Source: Streptosporangiaceae bacterium (lineage in GTDB: Bacteria; Actinomycetota; Actinomycetes; Streptosporangiales; Streptosporangiaceae). Taken from it: a DNA stretch of 64,000 nucleotides. Location of the stretch: positions 22,414-86,413 of the forward strand of contig DATJQX010000059.1 in assembly GCA_035505275.1 (NCBI GenBank). The letters run 5' to 3'. This document shows positions 57,237 to 64,000 of this stretch, one piece after another. Every line of letters starts with the position of its first letter. The first letter of the stretch is position 1. A program made the translations under genes and the position numbers. The notes beneath the pieces were generated by a model. That model was not told the origin of the DNA. It saw only the letters and a program-made list of their open reading frames with translations, and did no database searches.

Positions 57237-58220
57237 TCAGGGCGTGAACACGATCCGGCCGACGACCGTGCCGTCGGCCAGCCCTTGCACCCCGGCACCG
57301 ACGGCGTCCAGGTCCAGCCGCGAGCCGATCAGCGGCCGGATCGCGCCGTCGGCGGCCAGCTTGGACAGCTGCGCGTGGCAGTCCTTGATGGCCTGCGGTT
57401 CCTTGGTCTGGTACAGGCCCCAGTGCAGCCCCACGATCGCGTAGTTCTTGATCAGCGCGTGGTTCAGCGCGACCGAGGGGATCTGCCCGCTGGCGAAACC
57501 GATCACCAGGATCCGGCCCTCGAATGCGACGCACTTGGTCGAGCGGGCGTACGTCTCGCCGCCCACCGGGTCGTAGATCACGTCGGCCCCGCGCCCGCCG
57601 GTAACGTCCTTGACCACCTCGACGAAGTCCTCGCTGAGCCGGTCGATCACCACGTCCGCGCCGAGGGCCCGCGCCGCGTCGGCCTTGTGCGCCCCGCCCA
57701 CCACGCCGATGACCCGGGCCCCGGCCGCCTTGCCGAGCTGGACGGCGCCGCTGCCGACCCCGCCGGCCGCGGCGTGCACAAGCAGCGTCTCGCCGGGCGC
57801 GAGCCGCGCCCGGCGGTGCAGCCCGAACCATCCGGTCTGGTACGTGATGAAGAACGCCGCGGCCTCGTCGTCCGCCAGGGCGTCCGGTGCGGGCAGGACG
57901 GCGTCCGCGTTCATCAGCGCGAGCTCCGCGAAGGCCCCGCGCGGCAGCGCCGTCCCGCCGATCACCCGGTCGCCGGCGGTGAAGCCGGCCACGCCGGGCC
58001 CGCTCGCCACGACCTCGCCGCACAGCTCGATGCCGGGGGTGAACGGCAGGGGCGGGCGGACCTGGTAGAGGCCGCGGCACATGAGCACGTCGGGGAAGTT
58101 CGCCGCGGCGCCAAGCACCCGGACCAGCACCTGCCCGGGCCCGGGTTCCGGGTCGGGGACCTCGCCCAGTACCAGCACGTCGCGCGGCTCGCCGAGCTCG
58201 TGCACCTGCCATGCTCTCAC
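57237..58220 (-). CDS. NADPH:quinone oxidoreductase / zinc-type MDR dehydrogenase
   Basis: GTG 58220 gives VRAWQVHELGEP. The NAD(P) motif is HAAAGGVGSGAVQLGKAAGARVIG. It overlaps the upstream SDR by 4 nt (GTGA). Confidence 0.85.
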   Translation of the reverse strand: MRAWQVHELGEPRDVLVLGEVPDPEPGPGQVLVRVLGAAANFPDVLMCRGLYQVRPPLPFTPGIELCGEVVASGPGVAGFTAGDRVIGGTALPRGAFAELALMNADAVLPAPDALADDEAAAFFITYQTGWFGLHRRARLAPGETLLVHAAAGGVGSGAVQLGKAAGARVIGVVGGAHKADAARALGADVVIDRLSEDFVEVVKDVTGGRGADVIYDPVGGETYARSTKCVAFEGRILVIGFASGQIPSVALNHALIKNYAIVGLHWGLYQTKEPQAIKDCHAQLSKLAADGAIRPLIGSRLDLDAVGAGVQGLADGTVVGRIVFTP

Positions 58221-59002
58221 CGCGACGCCTCCGCTTCTTCGATCCGCTGCTGCATCCGGTTCATCCCGCGCAGCCACTTGTCCGGGTCGCCGGCCCGGAA
58301 CGCGTAGTATTCCTGCACCTCCGGGTGCGGCAGGATCAGGAACCTGCCGCCCGCCATGCCCTCCCACAGCGCCTGCGCCACCTGATCCGGCTCGATCGCG
58401 GCCGCGGCCAGGACCACCTTCCCGGCCTCGCCGGTCTCGTCGAGCATCCGGGTCTTGACCCCCTGCGGGCAGATGCAGTGCACGGTCAGCCCGCGGTGGG
58501 CGTAGGTCGCCGCCAGCCATTCCGCGTAGGCCTCGGCCGCGTGCTTGGTCGCCGAGTACGGCGCCGCCCCGAGCATGGTGAGCAGGCCGGCCGCCGAGGC
58601 GGTCACGACGAAGCAGCCCCGCCCCCGGCGCAGCCAGCCGGCCAGGAGCTCCCGTGAGGCCCGGACGTGCGCCATGAGGTTGATCTCCCAGGACCGCTGC
58701 CAGGTCTCCTCGGGGGCGTCGGGGCCATGCCCCTCGGCGATCCCGGCGTTGGAGCAGTAGATATCGATCTCGCCGAGGTGCCCGCGGGCGGCCGCGATGA
58801 GGTCGTGCACGCCGTCGGCGGTGGCGACGTCGCCCGGCGCGGCGTACCCGCCGATCTCCGCGGCGACCGCGGCCGCGGCGCCCGCGTCCAGGTCGTTGAC
58901 CACCACCCGCGCGCCGCCCGCCGCCAGCCTGCGCGCCAGCGCACGGCCGATCCCCGCGCCGGCTCCGGTGACGACCGCTCCCGACCCCTCGATCACCGTC
59001 AC
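58217..59002 (-). CDS. SDR family oxidoreductase
   Basis: It has VVTGAGAGIGRALA, SNAG and YSATK motifs. The start is set at GTG 59002 because the longer ORF would overlap the response-regulator gene. Confidence 0.8.
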   Translation of the reverse strand: MTVIEGSGAVVTGAGAGIGRALARRLAAGGARVVVNDLDAGAAAAVAAEIGGYAAPGDVATADGVHDLIAAARGHLGEIDIYCSNAGIAEGHGPDAPEETWQRSWEINLMAHVRASRELLAGWLRRGRGCFVVTASAAGLLTMLGAAPYSATKHAAEAYAEWLAATYAHRGLTVHCICPQGVKTRMLDETGEAGKVVLAAAAIEPDQVAQALWEGMAGGRFLILPHPEVQEYYAFRAGDPDKWLRGMNRMQQRIEEAEASR

Positions 59003-59052
59003 GGCCGCGCACCCGCCGTCGGCGTCAATGCAACCCAGAACATTCCTTGAGG

Positions 59053-59772
59053 TTATCGTGACCCGGCTTTGCCTCGCGGGGGCACGTACCGGTAGCCGAA
59101 CCCGCGGACGGCCTCGATCCATGAGCCGGGCCCGCCGCCCTGGCCGAGCTTGCGGCGTAGCCGCAGGACCGTGAACTTCACCCGTTCAGGCCCGATCCCC
59201 AGCGGGTCGTTCCAGGCCAGCTCCAGCAGCTGATCGGGGGTCAGGGTGCGGCCGGGATTGCGGATGAGCGCGGCCAGCAGGCGGAACTCGGTCGGGGTCA
59301 GCGCCACGGCCTCGCCGTCCACGCTGACTTCGCGCGTGTCGAGCCGCACCTGCAGCTTCCCGTCCTGGTACACCTCGGCCTGCGGCTGGCCGGTTCTCGG
59401 CCGGCGCAGCAGGGCCTCGACGCGGGCGGCCAGCTCGCCGTTGCCGAACGGCTTGGTCAGGTAGTCGTCGGCGCCGCCGCGCAGCCCGCGCACCTTGTCG
59501 GCCTCGTTCCCGTGCGCGGTAAGCATCAGCACCGGGACGTCGCTCAGGTCACGGATGCGCTCGAGGACCCCCCACCCGTCCAGCGACGGCAGCCCGATGT
59601 CGAGCACGACCAGGTCCGGGCGCGCGTCGTGGAAGGCGCGCAGGCCCTCCTTCCCGTCGGCCGAGTGGGCCACGTCGAACCCGCTCCTGGTCAGCACGGT
59701 ACGGATGCCGAGCGCGATGTCGCGGTCGTCCTCGATCACCAGCACCCGGCCCTTCACGGCGCTCCCGGTCAC
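59053..59772 (-). CDS. OmpR/PhoB-type response regulator
   Basis: 239 aa with a receiver domain (VLVIEDD, DLVVLDIGLP, LTA...K) and a winged-helix output (LTPTEFRLLAALI...GFGYR). Confidence 0.9.
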   Translation of the reverse strand: MTGSAVKGRVLVIEDDRDIALGIRTVLTRSGFDVAHSADGKEGLRAFHDARPDLVVLDIGLPSLDGWGVLERIRDLSDVPVLMLTAHGNEADKVRGLRGGADDYLTKPFGNGELAARVEALLRRPRTGQPQAEVYQDGKLQVRLDTREVSVDGEAVALTPTEFRLLAALIRNPGRTLTPDQLLELAWNDPLGIGPERVKFTVLRLRRKLGQGGGPGSWIEAVRGFGYRYVPPRGKAGSR

Positions 59773-59782
59773 GGTGCCTCCA

Positions 59783-61894
59783 TCACGGTGTCCTCGTCAT
59801 CGGGGCCGCCGGGAGGTAGACGCTGAACGTGCTGCCCAGGCCGAGGACGCTGTGCACCTGGACGTGGCCGCCGTGCATCTCGGACAAGATCTTGACGATG
59901 GACAGCCCCAGGCCGATCCCCGGCAGCCCGGCGGTCCGCGCGTTGGAGGCGCGGACGAAGCGGTTGAAGAGCTGGTCGGCCTCGGCGGGCGGGATCCCGA
60001 TGCCCGAGTCGGCGACGTCGATGCGCCACGTCCGCCCCTCGCAGCGGGCGGTGACGCGCACCACCCCGTTCCGGTGCGAGAACTTGACGGCGTTGGACAG
60101 CAGGTTGTCGAGCACCTGCGTCAGCCGCCTCGAGTCACCCTGGACGGCCGGGCCCTTCCCGGTGGACACGACGATCGTGACCCCCTGCTTGGCGGCGCCC
60201 GCCGAGGCGCTCCGGACGGCTTCCGCGGTGAGTTCGGGGACGGAAACCTCCTCCAGGTCCAGCGGCAGGGCGCCCGCCTCGACCCGGTCCAGCATGAGCA
60301 GGTCGCCGATGAGCCGGTGCAGCCGGTCGGCGTTCCGCTCGATGATGTCGAGGAAGCGCAGCCCCTCGGCGGTGAGCCCTTCGGCTTCCCCCCTGATCAG
60401 CTCGCAGAAGGACACGATCGAGGTCAGCGGCGTGCGCAGCTCGTGCGACACGATGGCCAGGAACTGGTTCCTCGCGTCGTCGACCTTCCGCAGCCTGGCG
60501 TTCTTCTCGCGCTCGGCTTCGAGCATCTGCTGGCGCTGCCGGTCCATCTCCGTGCGGTCCGACATGTCCCAGGAGAGCCACAGGTCACCGCGCCACCGGC
60601 GGTCGACCATCACCGGCCAGTAGTCGCACTCGATAGTGCGGCCGTCGGCACAGCCGAACTGCTCGCCGGAAACCGGCTGCCTGGCCCGGAGCACCTCCAG
60701 GCTCCGCCGGGTGAACGCGGCGGGATCGGCGAACACGCGCTGGATGCGCCGCACGACGGCGGCGCCGCGGGTCCCCACGAGCCGTTCCGGTGCGTCGATG
60801 CCGTACAGGGCGCCGAAACTCCGGCTGACGTGCGTGATCAGGCCCCGCTCGTCGGTGATGAGGATGCCGGGGATGGCCGAGGCGATCAGGCAGTCGAGGC
60901 GCTCGGACTGGTCGGCCAGCGCGGCGTGGGAGCGCTCGAGCTCGGTGAGGTCCCGAAGGAAGCCGGTGAAGACGGCCTGCCCGTTGACGGTGATCGGCAC
61001 CGGAGTCAGCTCGACGGTGCGCTCCGTGCCGTCGGCCTGCAGCGTGGCCATCCGCATCTGCCCGCCCGGCGCGGCCGGCCCGGTCCTGGCGGGGGCCTGG
61101 AGGTGCTCGCGGAACGATGGCCGGTCCCGCACGGGGACCAGGACCTCGGCTAGCGGCTGGCCGAGCACGTCGTCGCGCTGGTAGCCGGACAGTTCCTCGG
61201 CGGCGCGGTTGAATTCCACCAGCCGGCCCCGGTCGTCGGTGGCCAGGATCGCGGTCGGCGAGCCCTCGATCAGCGCGCGGGTCAGTTCCTGCCGCTCGGC
61301 GAGCCTGGCCAGGTCGTTGGCGTGACGCAACTGGCCGGCCACGACGGCGGCCACGGCGTGCGCGACGGAGCGGATCTCGCCGTCCCAGCTGGCCGTATCG
61401 CCGATCAGGGCGAGCGCGCACAGGCACTGACCGCCGACCGGCACCGAGTAGGCGAGCAGCAGGCTCACGGCCCCGTCGTCCGCCGAGCCCTCGGCGGGCA
61501 GCTCGACCGGTCCGCCGAGGGCGGCGGTCGGGTCGCGCTGCGCCATGGACAGCGCGCCGATCCTGGCCAGCAGCGGGGGCTCCACTGAGTCGGCCGGGTG
61601 CACCGCCAGGACGGTGGCCGGCTGTCCGCCCGACGGCTGGAAGGCCAGCGCGGCGCGCAGGCCGAAGGTGGTCACCAGCCGTTCGAGCACGGCGGGCAGC
61701 GCGCCGAGCGTGGTGTCATCCCGCAGGATCTGCGCGACGGCGAATTCGAGGAGCCCAGCCGCCGACCCGCGCCCGCGGTCCGCGGTCAGCGCCGGGCCAA
61801 CCGTGACCGCGGCGGCCCCGGAACCTCCAGAACCCCCAGAAGCTCCCGAGCCACCAGGTCCCCGAGAAGCGCCCATAACCCCCCTAATCCCCAT
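59783..61894 (-). CDS. Cytoplasmic sensor histidine kinase (GAF-like + 2 PAS + HisKA + HATPase)
   Basis: ATG 61894 lies behind GAGAGGG. It has the H-box FLAIVSHELRTPL, an N-box LLSNAVKF, and G-boxes DSGIGIP and GLGLSIV. No TM helix is visible. The 971-aa ORF extension overlaps the divergent gene. Confidence 0.85.
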   Translation of the reverse strand: MGIRGVMGASRGPGGSGASGGSGGSGAAAVTVGPALTADRGRGSAAGLLEFAVAQILRDDTTLGALPAVLERLVTTFGLRAALAFQPSGGQPATVLAVHPADSVEPPLLARIGALSMAQRDPTAALGGPVELPAEGSADDGAVSLLLAYSVPVGGQCLCALALIGDTASWDGEIRSVAHAVAAVVAGQLRHANDLARLAERQELTRALIEGSPTAILATDDRGRLVEFNRAAEELSGYQRDDVLGQPLAEVLVPVRDRPSFREHLQAPARTGPAAPGGQMRMATLQADGTERTVELTPVPITVNGQAVFTGFLRDLTELERSHAALADQSERLDCLIASAIPGILITDERGLITHVSRSFGALYGIDAPERLVGTRGAAVVRRIQRVFADPAAFTRRSLEVLRARQPVSGEQFGCADGRTIECDYWPVMVDRRWRGDLWLSWDMSDRTEMDRQRQQMLEAEREKNARLRKVDDARNQFLAIVSHELRTPLTSIVSFCELIRGEAEGLTAEGLRFLDIIERNADRLHRLIGDLLMLDRVEAGALPLDLEEVSVPELTAEAVRSASAGAAKQGVTIVVSTGKGPAVQGDSRRLTQVLDNLLSNAVKFSHRNGVVRVTARCEGRTWRIDVADSGIGIPPAEADQLFNRFVRASNARTAGLPGIGLGLSIVKILSEMHGGHVQVHSVLGLGSTFSVYLPAAPMTRTP

Positions 61895-62144
61895 TTCCCT
61901 CTCGTGTCCCAGGGCCCATTCTACGACACGGAAAGTGACTGCCCCTACGCTATCGGTTGTCTGCAAGGGAACGGGGCCACGCCGAGCAGAACGCAACGCG
62001 TACGCGCTATCATCGGGACTGGTGGTTCCGGCCGCCTCTGGGTCCGCGGGCAGAGCTGCAAGCTCACCGGTTGCACGGCAGTGATCGACGGCGAGTCTTT
62101 CCCGCCCGAAGCACGCGGACCCCGGGCGTGAGGGAAGGACTGCC

Positions 62145-63722
62145 ATGCCCGACGGGTCGCGTCCGCTACCCAGTCGGCCCAGCCTGCGGTACCTCAGGGT
62201 CGAGGCGAAGCGCCGCCTCGCCGCGCGCGAGTTCCCGAACCTGCACGACGCGCAGTCCGCTGTCGCGCGGGAGCACGGCCTGCCCAGCTGGGCCGCGCTC
62301 AAGAAGCTCCTCGACGCCAAGACCGCGACGCCCGGCCAGGAAAGCCACGCGCTGGCCCAGCTGCACTGGATACAGACCCGCTTCTCCGGTGCCGGAGAAG
62401 CCGGAGAAGCCGGAGAAACAGCCTGGGCGGCACCCGACGAGGACGAGCTTCGGGAGCACTTCACCGAGCAGGTCCTGGCGGTGCTCCCGCCGGCCACCCT
62501 GACCGCCCAGATCGCCATGGCCGTCGGCGACCTGCAAGGCGAGCTGGAGGTCCTCGGGCAGACCCCGCTGGAGGCCCAGGTCCGGGTGGCAGACGTCGAG
62601 TACCTCATCGCCGTCGGGGCCGAACCCCCGCACCGCATAACCGGGCTGCGCGCCCTTCCGCTCGGGCGCCGGATGCGTGATCCGCGGGTCACCCGCACCG
62701 CGCCCGGCCCGACCCGCGCCCTGGGTCAGGTCCCAGAGACGGTGCAGGCCATCGCGGACCAGGCGCAAGAAGAGCTCGGCCTGCCCGCCCTGCTCCTGGC
62801 CGGCGGGACCAACCAGAATAAGGACCCCTGGGTGCTCGCCCAGGGCTGGGCGGACCTGGACCGCGAGCAGGCCCTAGACCCCGGCCACCGCTTCCCGGCG
62901 CCGGGCGTGGCCGCGCTGGTCGCCACGACCGCCGTGCTCCGGCTCGTCGCCGAGGGCCGCATCGTCCTCGACCGCCCGGCCAACGACTACCTGCGCGCGG
63001 TCCGCCTCGAAGACGACACCGTGACCGTCAGGGACCTGCTGGCCCACACCGGCGGCGTCGACGACCCCGCCGAGCTGTACGCGGATACCGTCAAGGACCT
63101 GGCGACGCTCATGGGCCCGGTCATCGGCTGCTCAGGCCCGCGCGGCGTGGCCCACCCGAGCAACGGCGGCGTGGCCGTACTGGGCCAGCTCATCGCCGAC
63201 GTCACCCGAACGCCCTACGCCGACGCGGTCACCACCCTGGTGCTCGCCCCTCTCGGCATGCGCGATTCGACGTTCCCGGCCACCCAGGCCGGGATCGACC
63301 CCGCCGCGGTCACCGGCTACTCGCTGACCCTGGAGGGCGTGTTCGAGCCGGTCCCGGTCCGGATCTGCACGATCCAGGCCGCGGGCGGGCTGTGGTCAAC
63401 GGGGGCCGACCTCGTGCGCCTGGGGCTCGGGTGGTCACGGCTGCTGCCCGAGTCCCTCGCGCACGAGGCGCTAACCCGGCAAGCCCCCCAAGCCCCCCAA
63501 GCCCCCCAAGCCCCCCAAAGCGACGGACCGGTGACCGGCCTCGGCTGGTTCCTCAGCCGGCGCGGCGACATGGCGGTGCACACCGGGGCCGGCCCCGACG
63601 CCACCGCCTCGCTGGCCATCCGCGTCCGCGACCAACGGACGCACGTCGTGCTGACCAGCCGGATGATCCCGATCAACGCCATCGAGGCCCGCCTGCTGCG
63701 CGCCTGGACCAACGCCGAATAA
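62145..63722 (+). CDS. Beta-lactamase/transpeptidase-fold protein lacking catalytic residues, with an N-terminal helical domain
   Basis: 525 aa with fold landmarks LLAHTGGV, PLGMRDSTF, AAGGLWSTGADL, GLGWF and HTGAG. The SxxK position reads GVAA and the YxN position reads PSN. Confidence 0.8.
   Translation: MPDGSRPLPSRPSLRYLRVEAKRRLAAREFPNLHDAQSAVAREHGLPSWAALKKLLDAKTATPGQESHALAQLHWIQTRFSGAGEAGEAGETAWAAPDEDELREHFTEQVLAVLPPATLTAQIAMAVGDLQGELEVLGQTPLEAQVRVADVEYLIAVGAEPPHRITGLRALPLGRRMRDPRVTRTAPGPTRALGQVPETVQAIADQAQEELGLPALLLAGGTNQNKDPWVLAQGWADLDREQALDPGHRFPAPGVAALVATTAVLRLVAEGRIVLDRPANDYLRAVRLEDDTVTVRDLLAHTGGVDDPAELYADTVKDLATLMGPVIGCSGPRGVAHPSNGGVAVLGQLIADVTRTPYADAVTTLVLAPLGMRDSTFPATQAGIDPAAVTGYSLTLEGVFEPVPVRICTIQAAGGLWSTGADLVRLGLGWSRLLPESLAHEALTRQAPQAPQAPQAPQSDGPVTGLGWFLSRRGDMAVHTGAGPDATASLAIRVRDQRTHVVLTSRMIPINAIEARLLRAWTNAE
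62391..62417 (+). repeat. 9-bp in-frame tandem repeat x3 (AGE)
   Basis: gccggagaa x3. Confidence 0.9.
63481..63516 (+). repeat. 9-bp in-frame tandem repeat x4 (QAP)
   Basis: aagcccccc x4. Confidence 0.9.
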
Positions 63723-63745
63723 TCAGCCCAACACAAGGGGACCCC

Positions 63746-64000
63746 ATGTACCAGCCCTACCCGACCGGCGCGCAGATGCCGGCCACGCAGCGCCCGCCCG
63801 TTCCGCCCTCGGTCGCCAACGCGGTGCGCGTCATGTACGTCGGCGCGCTGACCAGCATCCTCGGCATCCTCTTTGACGTCCTGACGGTCAGCGCCACCAA
63901 GCGCAGCATCGAAAAGCGGTCCCCGAACCTGTCGGCGAGCCAGGTCAACTCGGTCCAGCACGTCCTGGTCGTCGCGTTCATCATCGGCGGCCTCATCGGC
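63746..64000 (+). CDS. Membrane protein, N-terminal part (continues beyond the window)
   Basis: ATG 63746 gives MYQPYPTGAQMPATQRPPVPPSVANAVRVMYVGALTSILGILFDVL.... GC3 is strong and the frame is open to the window end. It is absent from the ORF track because no stop is reached. Confidence 0.7.
   Translation, partial: MYQPYPTGAQMPATQRPPVPPSVANAVRVMYVGALTSILGILFDVLTVSATKRSIEKRSPNLSASQVNSVQHVLVVAFIIGGLIG

Noticed and set aside
58221-59012. N-terminal 263 aa of the 591-aa ORF 57237..59012
   Set aside because: It is an out-of-frame Arg/Gly-rich shadow of the SDR gene 58217..59002. The quinone oxidoreductase begins at GTG 58220.
61895-62698. N-terminal extension of the 971-aa ORF 59783..62698
   Set aside because: It overlaps the divergent beta-lactamase-fold gene and has no sensor-kinase features. 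ATG 61894 with an RBS gives a sensible GAF-PAS-HK protein.

Overview
This is a gene-dense, high-GC (roughly 70% by eye) actinomycete-type chromosomal segment with about 55 protein-coding genes. I found no rRNA, tRNA, CRISPR array, transposase or integrase. Most of it is ordinary accessory metabolism and regulation. It includes a Phd/YefM-RelE toxin-antitoxin pair, an MgtE-N/CBS plus DUF1003 pair, a polyprenyl synthase, a P450, several SDRs, and three MFS exporters with divergent regulators. It also includes an alpha-glucoside ABC uptake operon with a GH13 glucosidase and LacI repressor, an ECF sigma factor, a GH1 beta-glucosidase with a GPH symporter, and a GAF-PAS histidine kinase with an OmpR-type regulator. 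Five things stand out. (1) At 33.2-34.7 kb a RelA/SpoT-fold (toxSAS-like) protein is followed by a small gene overlapping it by 11 nt, and the toxin-like half plus the partner have clearly lower GC than the flanks. (2) Three tandem, near-identical receptor-type Ser/Thr kinases with seven-bladed WD40 ectodomains lie at 41.3-47.6 kb, with a fourth paralogue at 10.6 kb; three of the four share a duplicated 5' leader. (3) Directly upstream of that array is a 1060-aa fusion of ferritin-like, 2x CDGSH, divergent 4Fe-4S and globin-like domains. (4) Two archaeal/eukaryal-type aminoacyl-tRNA synthetases are present: a HisRS with LRYDLT/RGRYRQFYQCD motifs and a class I LysRS. (5) There are several decay or rearrangement scars: an ABC ATPase C-terminal fragment, a frameshifted TauE/SafE fragment, and a beta-lactamase-fold protein lacking all catalytic residues. 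All functional calls come from motif recognition by eye. No database search was run, and start codons are often uncertain because of high-GC ORF extension.
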